A DNA stretch of 64,000 bases from an uncultured Actinomycetota bacterium (GTDB lineage Bacteria > Actinomycetota > Actinomycetes > JAHEKZ01): NCBI GenBank assembly GCA_963743915.1, contig CAVURN010000001.1, positions 160,001 to 224,000 on the forward strand, written 5' to 3'. The stretch's first letter is position 1; every line of letters starts with the position of its first letter. Under the pieces are notes generated by a model. That model was given only the letters and a program-made list of their open reading frames with translations, made no database searches and had not been told where the DNA came from. Shown here piece by piece: positions 1-11,345 of this stretch. The translations under genes were made by a program, and so were the position numbers.

Positions 1-1
1 C

Positions 2-373
2 GAGGCGCTCACCCCAGAGCTGCTCACGGTCGTGATCTCGGTCGCCGCGATCGTCGTCGGCGTGCTGGGCTTCGTGGCTGTGCGTCGCCGGCTGCTCGAC
101 ACCGCGGCCGAGCCGCTGCTGACCGGTGGCTTCGGCGTCGACGCGGCCTACCGCGTGCTCGTGGTCCATCCCTTCGAGCGACTCGTCCGTCTCACGTCGG
201 CGGTTGACTCCTCGGTCATCGGCCAGGGGGTGTCTGCCGTCGGCGGCGGCGTCATCGCAGCCGGGCGAGCCGCGCAACGGGTGCAGCAGGGCGACGTGCA
301 GCGCTATGTCTCCGTCGCCGCGGTGGCCACGCTGGTCGCGGTCGTCGTGATGCTGGTGGCGGTGGCCACGTGA
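2..373 (+). CDS. nuoL: NADH-quinone oxidoreductase subunit L, C-terminal part (5' truncated by window edge)
   Basis: Hydrophobic C-terminus with GFGVDAAY...VQQGDVQRY pattern typical of NuoL; stop overlaps nuoM start (GTGA). Confidence 0.8.
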   Translation, partial: EALTPELLTVVISVAAIVVGVLGFVAVRRRLLDTAAEPLLTGGFGVDAAYRVLVVHPFERLVRLTSAVDSSVIGQGVSAVGGGVIAAGRAAQRVQQGDVQRYVSVAAVATLVAVVVMLVAVAT

Positions 374-1876
374 CCTGGATCCTGCCGCTCGGCGCTCGCC
401 GTCCCAGCTGTCGGGAGCCCTGGTGCTGCTGGTCACCGGTCACCGGGCCGAGCGCTGGGCGACCTGGTTCGGCTTGGCGCTGCAGACCATCGGTCTGGTG
501 CTGGCGGTGGTGGCGCTGGCCGGCTTCGACACCGCACGTGCGGCTGAGCAGCAGTACGTCGTCGAAGCGGGCTGGGTCCCCGAGCTCGGAGTCGACCTGC
601 GTCTCGGCGTCGACGGCATCTCGCTCCCCCTCGTGGTGCTCACCGCCCTGCTCGGCTGGTCGGCCGCGGTGTACACCGTGAGGCGCGTCCCCGAGCCCGG
701 TCGCGCCCGCGGCTTCGTCGGCCTGCTGCTGCTGCTGCAGGTGGGCATGCTCGGCACCTTCATGGCGCTGGACCTCATCCTCTTCTTCGTCTTCTTCGAG
801 GTCGTGCTCGCGCCGATGTGGTTCCTGATCGCGTTCTGGGGGAGCGGTGAGCGTCGCCGGGCGGCGAACACGTTCATCCTCTACACGGTGCTCGGCTCGA
901 TCGTCATGCTGGCGGGGTTCCTGGTCGTGATCGTCGACACCGGCACGGGAGACATGGTGGCCCTGGCCGCCGGCCTCGGTGCGCAGATGTCCGGTGGTCC
1001 GCAGCTGCTCGCCGCGTTGCTGATCCTCGGCGGGCTCGCGGTCAAGACGCCCGATGTGGCCGTTGCACACCTGGCTGCCCGACGCCCACACCGCCGCCCC
1101 GACGGTCGGGTCGGTGCTGCTGGCCGGCGTCCTGCTCAAGATGGGCACGTACGGGATGGTGCGGATCGTCGTCCCGACCCTGCCCGACGCCATGGCCTCG
1201 ATCGCCCCGTACCTCGGTGCGTTCGCGGTCGTCGGCATCCTCTACGGCGCGCTGGCCAGCTACGGGCAGGACGACCTCAAGCGGGTCATCGCCTTCTCGT
1301 CCGTCGGGCACATGGGCTTCGTGCTGCTCGGCATCTCCACCCTGTCGGTGGTCGGGCTCAACGCGGCGCTGTTCGGCAACCTGGCGCACGGCCTGATCAC
1401 CGGCCTGCTGTTCTTCGTGGTCGGTGGCATCAAGCAGCGCACCGGCACCACCGACTTCGCCACGCTGCCGCGCGGCCTGTATGCCAGTGCTCCTCGACTC
1501 GGGTTCCTGCTCGGGCTTCGCTGCCGTCGCCAGTCTCGGCCTGCCGGGACTGGCCGGGTTCTGGGGCGAGTTCCTCGCGCTCGTCGGTGCCTACCACCCC
1601 GGCGTCCCGCACCGCTGGTTCTACCGGGTCCTGCTCGTGCTCGCCGCCGTCGGCATGGTGCTGACTGCGGCGTACTTCCTGCGGGTCCTGCGGCGCGTCG
1701 GTCAGGGTCCGGTCCCCGAGCAGCAGCTCGACGACGTCACCGCCGACGAGTGGGCGGCGTGGACGCCACTCGTCGTGCTCACCGTGGTGCTCGGCCTCGC
1801 ACCCGTGCTGGTGTTCGAGCTGACCGACGCACCGGTGCGGGCCATCCTCGAAGTGGTTGCGGGGGCGATGCCGTGA
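370..1876 (+). CDS. nuoM: NADH-quinone oxidoreductase subunit M (several frameshifts, probably sequencing indels)
   Basis: Fragments in successive frames: LGVDGISLPL, FFVFFE, WPLHTWLPDAHTAAPTVGSVLLAGVLLKMGTYG, ASLGLPGLAGFWGEF. Confidence 0.9.
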
Positions 1877-3374
1877 CCATCCAGTCGATCGACCTGTTGA
1901 CGCTGTCCCCGACCCTGGTGGTGGCGGGGACGCACTGCTGGCGCTCGTCGCCGACCTCCTGGTGCGCCGCGTCGTCCGTCGTCGTGGGGCTTGGCGCTCG
2001 TGGGCTTGGCTGCTGCGACCTTCCTGGCCCTGCTCGGCAAGGGCGCGACGCTCTGCACCGAGCAGGGCGGCGTGCGCGTACGTACACGGTGACCGTCTTC
2101 TCGGCCGCCCTGCAGCTCGTGGTGCTCGTCGGCACCGCTCGTCGTGCTGCTGATGGCCGTGCCGGACCTCACGGACCGCCGGGTCCCCGTCGGGGAGTTC
2201 GTCTTCCTGCTGCTCTCCTCGGCGTCCGGCGCAGTGCTCGTCCCGGCGACCACCGACCTCGTCACGCTGATCGTGGCGCTCGAGGTGGTCTCTCTGCCCA
2301 CCTTCGCCCTGATCGCCCTGCACCGGGGCGAGCCTCGGGCGGCCGAGGGCGCGATGAAGGCGTTCCTCTTCTCCGTCTCGTCGGTGGCGCGTCGCGCTCT
2401 ACGGCATCGCCCTGCTGTACGGCACCACCGGACAGGTGTCGTTCATCGAGCTGCGGCGCCGTCGGCATCCGCCTCCAGCCCCACGCCGCTGGCGACTGCC
2501 GGGCTCGTCATGCTGCTGGCGGTCGTCGCCTTCAAGGTGGCGGCCGTGCCCTTCCACGCCTGGGCACCGGACGCCTACCAGGCCGCCACCGTCCCGGTCG
2601 CCGCCTACCTGTCGGTGGTGTCGAAGACCGCCGGGTTCGCGGCGCTGCTGCTGATCGCGTCCACCTTCAGGGAGTGGACGCAGGTCTGGGCTCCAGTGGT
2701 CGCCGTACTGGCAGCGGTCACCATCCTGGTCGGCAACGTCGTGGCCCTGCGCCAGCGCGACGCCGTCCGGCTGCTGGCGTGGTCGTCGATCGCCCAGGCC
2801 GGCTACGTGCTCGTCCCGTTGGGCGCCCTCGCCGGCACGCTGGCCTGGAGCAGCGACATTGCCGCCGCCGTGGTCGGTTACCTGGTGGCGTACGCGGCGA
2901 TGAATCTCGGGGCGTTCGCCGTCGTGGCGATCGTCAGGCGTCGGGCCGGTCTGGTCAGCCTGGCCGACTACCGGGGACTGGCCTGGCGGTCGCCCTGGCT
3001 CGCGCGTGTCCTTGGCGTTCTTCCTGGCGGCGCTCGCGGGACTGCCGCCCGGGCTGATCGGACTCTTCGTCAAGGTGCGGGTGCTCGTCGTGCCCGTCGA
3101 CGGAGAGCTGTGGTGGCTGGTGGCCGCCATGGCGATCGGCACCGTGATCGGGCTGGCGTACTACCTCTACTGGGCGGCGCAGCTCTTCCGCCGGCCCGAG
3201 GGCGCGGTCGAGCAGCTCGACGTCGCGAGCTGGCCGGCCCGGCTCGCGGTGGCGATCACGCTCGCCGTCACCGTGGTTCTTTCGGTCGCGCCCTCCCTGG
3301 CGCTCGGGCTCACCGAGTCGACGGGCAGCCGAGATCACGCTCCTGGGGCGGTGAGCCCCGGCGTCCGGTGGTAG
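1873..3374 (+). CDS. nuoN: NADH-quinone oxidoreductase subunit N (several frameshifts)
   Basis: FKVAAVPFHAWAPDAYQ, RLLAWSSIAQAGY, LAGLPPGLIGLFVK motifs; GTG overlaps nuoM stop. Confidence 0.88.
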
Positions 3375-3384
3375 TAGTGGAGGC

Positions 3385-4251
3385 ATGAACCGCTACGTGA
3401 ACGGCATGAAGACCGCGTTCCTGCTCGGCCTGATGGCTGCGCTGATCATGCTCATCGGCGCGTGGCTCGGCGGCAGCCAAGGTCTCGTCATCGCCTTCGT
3501 CATCGCGCTCGGCATCAACGCGTTCTCGTACTGGAACAGCGGCTCGCTGGCGATCCGAGCGATGCACGCCAAACCCGTCACCCAGGCCGAGCAGCCCACC
3601 ATGCACCGCATCGTGAGCGAGCTGGCGGCGCAGCAGGGTGAGCCCATGCCGCAGCTGTACGTGTCGCCGACGATGGCGCCGAACGCCTTCGCCACTGGGC
3701 GCAATCCTGCGAATGCCAAGGTCTGCTGCACCGAGGGCATCCTGCAGCTGCTCGACGAGCGCGAGCTGCGCGGCGTCCTCGGGCACGAGCTGGCCCACGT
3801 CTACAACCGCGACATCCTCATCGCGTCGGTCGCGGCGACGATGGCCTCGGTCATCATGTTCGTCGCGCAGTTCGCCTGGCTGATCCCGATGGGAGGCGGC
3901 GGGCGCGACCGCGGCAACGCGCTCGGCGCGCTGCTGCTGATGATCCTCGGGCCCATCGCGGCGGCGCTCATCCAGTTCGCGATCAGCAGGTCGCGCGAGT
4001 ACCAGGCCGACCAGTCCGGCGCCGGCTACACCGGTGACCCGCTCGCGCTGGCGTCGGCCCTGCGCAAGCTGGAGCGAGGCACCCAGGCGGCACCACTGCC
4101 CAGGGAACCCGAGCTGGAGACCGCCAGCGCGCTGATGATCGCCAACCCCTTCCTCCCCGGCGGCATCAGCCGGCTCTTCTCGACGCACCCCCCGACGGCG
4201 GACCGGGTCGCCCGGCTGGAGGAGCTGGCCGGGCTCGCGGTGATTGACTAA
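3385..4251 (+). CDS. htpX: Zinc metalloprotease HtpX (M48)
   Basis: PNAFATGRNP, HELAH zinc motif, ISRSREYQAD, FSTHPP. Confidence 0.96.
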   Translation: MNRYVNGMKTAFLLGLMAALIMLIGAWLGGSQGLVIAFVIALGINAFSYWNSGSLAIRAMHAKPVTQAEQPTMHRIVSELAAQQGEPMPQLYVSPTMAPNAFATGRNPANAKVCCTEGILQLLDERELRGVLGHELAHVYNRDILIASVAATMASVIMFVAQFAWLIPMGGGGRDRGNALGALLLMILGPIAAALIQFAISRSREYQADQSGAGYTGDPLALASALRKLERGTQAAPLPREPELETASALMIANPFLPGGISRLFSTHPPTADRVARLEELAGLAVID

Positions 4252-4273
4252 CTGAACAGTCAGTCAATATTCT
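4243..4273 (+). promoter_or_regulatory. Housekeeping-type promoter (TTGACT-N18-TATTCT) overlapped by a 26-bp palindrome (TetR-like operator)
   Basis: ATTGACTAACTG-AA-CAGTCAGTCAAT at 4243-4268 (11/12 paired); -35 4244-4249, -10 4268-4273. Confidence 0.65.
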
Positions 4274-4298
4274 CGAGCCACTGACCTCGGAGGTGGGC

Positions 4299-5895
4299 AT
4301 GGCTCAGCGCTACGACGCCGTCGTCATCGGTGGTGGCCACAACGGCCTCGTCGCGGCGGCGTACCTGGCCAAGTACGGCAAGCGCGTGGTGGTTCTCGAG
4401 AAGCGGCACAAGACCGGCGGTGCGGCGGACACCAGCCAGCCGTGGCCCGAGGCGCCGGAGTTCAAGGTGACGACGCTGTCGTACACGATGAGCCTGATGC
4501 CGGAGTACATCCTCAAGGACCTCCAGCTCGCCCGGTTCGGGTACAAGATCAACCCGCTCGGGCTCGGATACACGCCGCTGTCCGACGGCCGCTCGCTGCA
4601 TCAGCGACGGCCCGAACATGTACGACTCGTACGCGGCGTTCTCCAAGAAGGACGCCGACGCGCACGACCCGTACTTCGAGTGGATCGGGCGCATCGCGGG
4701 CATCCTGCACCCGCTGCTCGACCGCACGCCGCCCGCACATGGGGTCGAAGAAGCTCGGCGACATCAAGGACCTCGGGATGCTCGCCTGGATGCTCCGCAA
4801 GGAGATCGACGAGCGCACGGTCGCCGACATCACCCGGCTCTTCACGATGAGCGCGGCCGACCTGCTCACCCGCTGGTTCGAGCACCCGGTGATCCTGGGC
4901 TCGCAGGCCGTCAACGGCATCATCGGCACCTGGGCCGGCCCGATGAGCCCCGGTACCGCCTACGTGCTCATGCACCACTCCGTCGGCGACGAGGCCGGCG
5001 GCAAGGTGTCGTCCTGGGGACAGCCGGTCGGAGGGATGGGTGCCGTCGCGGACGCCTGCCGCGCTGCCGCCGAGTCGTTCGGTGCCGAGGTTCGCGTGAA
5101 CGCCGGCGTCTCGCAGGTCACGGTGTCGAACGGCCGGGCCACCGGAGTGGTGCTCGAGGACGGTGAGGAGATCACCGCCGACCTCGTCGTCACGACGTGC
5201 CACCCGCAGATCACCTTCCTGAACCAGATCGACCGGCACCACCTGCCCGACGAGTTCGTCCACGACATCGAGAACTGGCGATCGCGGTCCGGCACGGTGA
5301 AGATCAACCTCGCGCTGGACCGGCTGCCCGAGTTCACCGCCGAACCCGGGCTTCGACCCGGACATCCACGGTGGCGCCATCAGCATCATGGACGACCTCG
5401 AGTACCTCGAGACCGCGTTCCAGGAGGCGAGGTCGGGCAAGGCCGCCACGCTGCCGTTCTCCGACCGCGAGATCCCGACGGTCTACGACAAGACACTCGC
5501 ACCCGAGGGCAAGCACATCATGTCGATGTTCACCCAATGGGTGCCCGAGTCGTGGAGCCAGGAGCGCAACCAGGACGAGCTGAACGCGTACGCGCAGCGG
5601 CTGTACGACCGGTTCGACGCGGTCGCGCCCGGGCTTCAAGGACTCGATCCTGCACGAGCAGGTCATCGGCCCGTGGGAGATGGAGCACGACTTCGGGCTG
5701 ATCGGCGGCAACATCTTCCACGGCGAGCTCACCGTCGACCAGCTCTTCCACATGCGACCCGCGGTCGGCTACGCCGACTACCGGACGCCGATCCACGGGC
5801 TGTACCAGGCGTCCAGCGCGACCCACGCCGGCGGAGGCGTCACGGGGATGCCGGCCCACCACTGCGTCCGTGAGATCAGGCGCGACAAGGCCTGA
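4299..5895 (+). CDS. Phytoene dehydrogenase-like FAD-dependent oxidoreductase (COG1233-type), frameshifted
   Basis: YDAVVIGGGHNGLVAAAYLA, TAYVLMHH, GGMGAV, GGNIFHGEL, YRTPIHGLY, THAGGGVTG in successive frames. Confidence 0.88.
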
Positions 5896-5920
5896 GCGCA
5901 CCGTAGCCGCCCACGGGTGG

Positions 5921-8593
5921 TCAGCCCGTGCGCTCCGCTCCGGTCGAGTGCTCGCGCGAGACCACCTCGAGAGGGGACACCGAGCTTTCGGTAGACCCGA
6001 CTCAGGTGGAACTCGACGGTCTTGACGCTGAGGAAGAGGGAAGCCGCCACCTCGGCGTTCGACATGCCGTCGACCACGGCCATGGCCACGCGAAGCTCCT
6101 GGGGGGTCAGCTGGCGCGCAGGCTGATGGGTAGCCGTGGGCGGGCGTTGTCCGGTGGCGCCCAGCTCCCTCCGTGCCCGTTCCGACCAGGGTGGAACACC
6201 GATCCGCTCGAACGCTTCGAGTGCCGCGCGGAGCGACTCCCTGGCGTCACGGACACGCCGGGTGCGACGAAGGTGCTCACCGTGCAGCAGCAAGGTGCGG
6301 GCCGCCTCGAACGGGTCATCTGTCTGCTCGTGGCTGTGCCAGGGCCTCGCGGTAGTGGTCGTCTGCGTCGTCGGGACGGGTCAGCGCGAAGCATCGCTGC
6401 ACCAGTGCCAGGCCGTGCGGGTCGATGATCCCGTCCAACCGCTGCGCCAGGCGATCTGCTACGTCCCGGGCCTGTCGACGAGACCGAGGGCCACCAGCGC
6501 CTCGGTGAGGTCCGCGGAGGCACCCGTGACCGCATCACGGCACCCACGGCCGAGGAAGGGAGAGGACACCACTCGCTGAAGCGGGACGATGGCCGGCTCG
6601 ACGTGACCCAGGGTCAGGGCGAGTGCACCACGTGCTTGATCTGCCCACGCCATCCGCTTCACTGAGGGGTCGGCCCGAACTGTGCTCCGCGGACGCGACC
6701 AGGCTTCTCGGTTCGCTGCTGACCTCGCCACGGTAGGAGGTGACAGCAGCCGCCAGGCTGACCTCGGAGACGGAAGGAGGGCAACTGCATCGCGCGGTCG
6801 AGATCGATGGCCTCAGTGAACAGTGACTCCGCTCGCTGCCAGTGTCCGTCGCGTCGCGCGTGCTCTGCGGAGAAGAAGGCCGCTGATGCGGTGAGAGCGG
6901 GTCGACCGCTGGCACGGAACCGCCGGGCCATGTACGCCATCCGCGCTGCGGAGATCCGAAACGTCCTTGCCGAGCCAGCCGGGGATCATCGCCCACAGCA
7001 GCAGCGGTTCACCGGCGAGAAGCTCAGGGTCGACGTCTGCGCTGAGCGCAACAGGCCTTGTTCAGCAGCGCGACCCCACGATCGTGGCGTCCCACGAAGG
7101 TGTAGGCCATCCCGAGAGCGGCCACCAGGTCCCATCGCGCGTTTGCATCGGGAGACGTCGAGCTCCTCGCCGAGCTGATCGAGTCGTGCGACGTCTGCAG
7201 CCGACATGGCAGTCCAGATGCGATTGACGTCGAGGCGCACCCTCAAGTTCCTCGTCCAGCGCAGCCAAAGGAAGGTCGGACAGCACAGTGTCGAGCTCGT
7301 CAGGGCCGACGCCGCGTGGTCCTTCGAGCCTGACGAGAACGGCCCTTGCTCGCAGGACGGGGTCACTGGTGCTTCCGTGACGCGGCCGGCGAGCTCCTCC
7401 ATGTGAGCGGCGTCCGGAGCCAGCTCGGCAGACAGCACCAGCCGGCGTAGACGGTCATGACGAGCAGGAGACAGGTCCGCGGCGCGCTCTGCCATGGTTG
7501 CGCCCTCGAGGCTGAGGCCCTGATCCGCCAGTCTCGCGGCCTCCCGCTCGAGCGCGGAGGCGAGATCCTCGTCGGGTCCTGTGCTCGCCTCGGCCAGGTG
7601 CCGAAGGCTTCGTTGGGGCTCACCGCGTGACGCGAACAGCTGCCCGAGGACGAGATGTGCGCTTCGACGCTCGGCGTGGGTCGCAGCGGCGTGAACCGCA
7701 GCCCGAGCCAACGGGTGGACGAATCGGGGCTCCGGTCCGAGCGTCAAGAGTCCATGACGCTCGGCGACCTCGAGGTCGGAGACGGAGACCCCGGCCGAGA
7801 CCCAGGCCTGATGGACCGCACTCGGGTCGCCGGAGTCGTCGGCCGCCATGAGGACGAGCCCGACGCGGGTGAGCGCCGGCAGCGCGTCGAAGCCGTGCGC
7901 GTACCGCTCCTGTACGGCCTGGCCGACGGGTATCGGTGAGGGCGGGACCTGGGACCCTCGAAGGACCTCCTCGGGCAGCAGGGACGGTGGCCTCGACCAG
8001 AGCCAGAGGAAGGCCACCGAGCGAGCGCACGATCTGCCGTCCAGCTCGGTCGGTCACCTCCGGGGTCACCGAACGGAGAAGTGCGAGTGCGTCGTCATCG
8101 GCGAGCGCCGGGATGTCGAGGCATGGCAGGTGGGCAAGAGGCTCGCTCCGGCCGATCTCGGGTCGTCCAGCCAGCACGATCGCCACTGGATCGGCGAGTA
8201 GGCGACGCGTGGCGAACACCAGGGCGCGGAGCGAGGGTCCGTCGAGCCACTGAACGTCGTCCACCGTCACGAGCAGCGGTTGTTCGGCACCGAGCCGACA
8301 CGAGAGCCTCGAGGACCTCGCCGGGCTCGGGACTCGGTCGAAGGTGGCATGTTCCTCCAGGTGCCCGAGCAGGAGGCCTGCGACGGCACCTGGCAGTCGG
8401 GACTCCACTTCCAACGCGGTCACCTGGGCCACGTGAAAGCCTCTGGGTGCGCCAGGCTTGCGACGGCTTCGATCAGAGCGGTCTTGCCGATCCCTGGTTC
8501 CCCCACGAGGCGGAGCACCGCGGACCTGCCTGCTTGGGCCTCGTCGAGCAGTGCAACGAGATGATCCAGCTCCACGTCCCGGCCGACCAGCAC
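5921..8593 (-). CDS. Large LuxR-family transcriptional regulator with N-terminal AAA ATPase (LAL-type), heavily frameshifted
   Basis: LVGRDVE...GEPGIGKT Walker A, VDDVQWLD Walker B, RFVHPL, C-terminal LTPQE...SNAEVAASLFLSVKTVEFHLSRVYRKLGV HTH; 3' end approximate. Confidence 0.85.
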
Positions 8594-8624
8594 CAGCCCA
8601 CTGTGCCACCGGTGTGCCCATGAA

Positions 8625-8640
8625 CTAGGGGTTTCCCGGA
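8625..8640. promoter_or_regulatory. Candidate LuxR-family operator
   Basis: CTAGGGGTTTCCCGGA in the divergent intergenic region; resembles the PimM-type CTVGGGAWWTCCCBAG box. Confidence 0.45.
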
Positions 8641-8719
8641 AGAGCACCACCGACCTCCGAGCCGACGATGTGCCTCAGACCCGGCTCACCGGGCCGGGCG
8701 TATCAGGAAGGAAACGCAG

Positions 8720-9213
8720 ATGAACCGCACCCGATCCATCGCTGCAGCCGGGCTGGCTGCGGTGCTCGTCACGGCGGGGCTGGCGGCCTCGACGGGCGGC
8801 GCCGCATCCGCGTCCGGCTGCGCCGGACCCAGCATCGCCGGCGCCTGGCGCATGACCATCGATCCCGACCCCAACCCGAACGGGGATCCACCTCCCTTCG
8901 CTTCCCGGGTCGCATTCGCCAGGGGTGGTGTCGTCACGGACACCACCAGCCGGTTCCCCCCGGCTACGTCGATGCCTCTGGAGGTGTCGGCGCCTGGAAG
9001 CAGTGCAACCGCAAGGTCACGTTCACGTTCGAGCGCTTCCTCTACGACGTCAACGGCTTCGCCGCCATCCAACGAGTGCAGGGAACCGCAACGGTGAGCT
9101 ACGACGGCAAGACGCAGGCCGGTCCCGCGACAGCCACCCTGTTGGCCGTGGACGGCCAGACGGTCCTGTCCAGCTTCGGGGTCCAGGCGTCCGGGACACG
9201 CATGACTCCGTGA
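8720..9213 (+). CDS. Secreted hypothetical beta-rich protein (one frameshift near 8955)
   Basis: RBS GGAAGGA, signal peptide ending ASA, SIAGAW and GVGAW motifs, ends ASGTRMTP. Confidence 0.7.
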
Positions 9214-9221
9214 GCCGGGTG

Positions 9222-9277
9222 CGGCGCGGGGGTCGGGCGGTCGGCGTAGGTCGGCCGCCCGAACCGCTCCCGCGCCG
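9222..9277. terminator. Bidirectional stem-loop between convergent genes
   Basis: CGGCGCGGG...TCGGGCGGTCGGC-GTAG-GTCGGCCGCCCGA...CCCGCGCCG. Confidence 0.55.
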
Positions 9278-9279
9278 AC

Positions 9280-9774
9280 TCAGCGGTAGTTGACGTACTG
9301 CAGCGCGACGTCGAGGTCCTTGCCGTCCAGGAGCCGCTGCACGGCCTGCAAGTCGTCGCGGCTCTTGCTGGTGACGCGCAGCTCGTCGCCCTGTATCAGC
9401 GGCTTGACGCCCTTCGGCCCCTCGTCCCGGATGATCTTGGAGATCTTCTTGGCGTTCTCCTGCGAGATGCCCTGCGACAGCGAGCCGGCGATCTTGTAGT
9501 CCTTGCCGGACGCCGCGGGCTCGCCGGCGTCGAGGTGCTTCAGCGAGACCTTGCGCTTGACCAGCTTGTCCTTGAAGACGTCGAGGGCGGCCTTGACCCG
9601 CTCCTCGGAGTTGGCGCGCAGCTCGACACCCATCTCGCCCTGCCACGCGATCGCGGCGCCGGTGCCCTTGAAGTCGAAGCGCTGGCTCAGCTCCTTGGCG
9701 GTCTGGTTCAGCGCGTTGTCGATCTCCTGACGGTCGACCTTGCTGACGATGTCGAACGACGACTCCGAGGCCAT
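9280..9774 (-). CDS. yajQ: YajQ family nucleotide/c-di-GMP-binding protein
   Basis: [33 protein letters not shown], ends QYVNYR. Confidence 0.95.
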   Translation of the reverse strand: MASESSFDIVSKVDRQEIDNALNQTAKELSQRFDFKGTGAAIAWQGEMGVELRANSEERVKAALDVFKDKLVKRKVSLKHLDAGEPAASGKDYKIAGSLSQGISQENAKKISKIIRDEGPKGVKPLIQGDELRVTSKSRDDLQAVQRLLDGKDLDVALQYVNYR

Positions 9775-9886
9775 CAGGACTCCTTCTGACGAGCGGGCGA
9801 ACAGCGTATGTGCGGGCGGAGGCACCTGCGGTTGGGCCCACCGACCTGCGGTATTGTGGCGCTCCGCTGCGACGAGCGGCAAACCT

Positions 9887-9968
9887 GGCAGGTTGCCCGA
9901 GCGGCCAAAGGGAGCGGACTGTAAATCCGTCGGCTCAGCCTACGTTGGTTCGAATCCAACACCTGCCA
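9887..9968 (+). tRNA. tRNA-Tyr(GTA)
   Basis: GGCAGGT/ACCTGCC acceptor stem, CTGTAAA anticodon loop, long variable arm, GTTCGAATC T loop. Confidence 0.96.
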
Positions 9969-9972
9969 CACC

Positions 9973-10002
9973 TCGGACCCCCGGCCCTGGCCGGGGGTCC
10001 GA
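9973..10002 (+). terminator. Stem-loop after tRNA-Tyr
   Basis: TCGGACCCCCGGCC-CT-GGCCGGGGGTCCGA perfect inverted repeat. Confidence 0.6.
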
Positions 10003-10087
10003 CTTGTCTCCGCAGCAGACGTCGAGGGCGATTTCGCCCCGTCGGGGCGGCACCTGTAGCCTGTGTGGGCTCGCCTCGCGTGAGCAC

Positions 10088-10160
10088 GCCCCAATAGCTC
10101 AGTCGGTAGAGCGTCTCCATGGTAAGGAGAAGGTCTACGGTTCGATTCCGTATTGGGGCT
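10088..10160 (+). tRNA. tRNA-Thr(GGT)
   Basis: GCCCCAA/TTGGGGC acceptor, ATGGTAA anticodon loop, GTTCGATTC T loop. Confidence 0.95.
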
Positions 10161-10214
10161 CGGGGCCTACGCCGACGGGTCTGCACCCGCAACCCGGCGG
10201 CGACAGGTTCGGAC

Positions 10215-10291
10215 GGCGGAGTAGCTCAGGTTGGCAGAGCAAGCGGCTCATAATCGCTGTGTCGCCGGTTCAAATCCGGCCTCCGCTACCA
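10215..10291 (+). tRNA. tRNA-Met(CAT), elongator type, CCA encoded
   Basis: GGCGGAG/CTCCGCT acceptor, CTCATAA anticodon loop, GTTCAAATC, ACCA end. Confidence 0.94.
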
Positions 10292-10333
10292 GCAGTCCAG
10301 CACCAATCGTCAGCAGCAACCCAAGGAGCTCCG

Positions 10334-10498
10334 GTGGCCAAGAGCGACGTCCGGCCGAAGATCACGATGGCCTGTGCGGACTGCAAGCACCGCAACTACA
10401 TCACCCGCAAGAACCGGCGCAACGACCCTGACCGCATCTCGCTGCAGAAGTTCTGCCCCAACTGCGGCAAGCACACCGAGCACCGCGAGACCCGCTAG
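10334..10498 (+). CDS. rpmG: 50S ribosomal protein L33 (Zn-binding C+ form)
   Basis: [30 protein letters not shown]...[15 protein letters not shown]; RBS AAGGAG. Confidence 0.96.
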   Translation: MAKSDVRPKITMACADCKHRNYITRKNRRNDPDRISLQKFCPNCGKHTEHRETR

Positions 10499-10516
10499 TC
10501 GACGGTCGCTGAGGCA

Positions 10517-11345
10517 GTGAGCGTCCCGTCCGACGTGACGTCTCGGCTCGCCGGCCGGGTCGCCGTCATCACCGGTGCTGGACGGGGCATCGGCCGCGCC
10601 ACGGCTCGTCGACTCGCCGCCGAGGGTGCCTCGGTCGTCCTCGGAGACCTCGACCCCGAACCCCTCGCCGCTGTGGCGGAGGAGCTTGGGACACGCGCAT
10701 GTGCCACCGTCGTCGGCGACACGTCCGACCCGGCGGCCGCCCAGGTGCTGATCCACACCGCGACCGACACGTTCGGCGGGCTCGACATCCTCGTGAACAA
10801 TGCCGGCACCACACGTGACCGGATGTTCCACCACATCACCCCCGACGACCTGGACGCGGTGCTCGACGCCAACCTTCGCACTGCGTGGAACGCGACCCAG
10901 GCGGCGCTCGGCGTCATGCGTCCCGCAGCCAAGGCCGAGCTCGCTGCGTCCGGAGCCGTCCACCACCAGCGCAAGATCGTGTTCACCTCGTCGGTGGCGG
11001 CCCTGACGGGCAACCCCGGTCAGGCCAGCTACACCGCTGCCAAGGGCGCACTGATCGCACTGGTCCGCACGCTCGCGCAGGAGCTCGGGCCGTTGGGCAT
11101 CACGGTCAACGCGGTCGCCCCCGGCTTCATCGAGACGCGGCTCACCGCCGAAGAAGTCGGCGGGCGGCCAGCTCGGCATACCGCCCGACATCCGTGAGTC
11201 CATCCGCGGCATGATCGCCCTCGGACGGTTCGGCCAGCCCGAGGAGGTCGCCGCGGCGACGGCATTCCTGGTGTCGCCGGACGCCGACTACGTCTCGGGT
11301 GTCACACTCCCGGTCACCGGGGGCCAGTACGGAGGGATGGGGTGA
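10517..11345 (+). CDS. SDR family oxidoreductase (FabG-like), one frameshift near 11165
   Basis: TGAGRGIG, NNAG, YTAAK, NAVAPGFIET; C-terminus continues in another frame to YVSGVTLPVTGG. Confidence 0.88.

Noticed and set aside
5778-5920. LuxR ORF overlapping the oxidoreductase 3' end by over 100 bp
   Set aside because: A TGA one frame off at 5921-5923 suggests the extension comes from another indel
9887-10291. tRNA cluster as integration site of a prophage or ICE
   Set aside because: No integrase and no duplicated tRNA 3' end seen nearby
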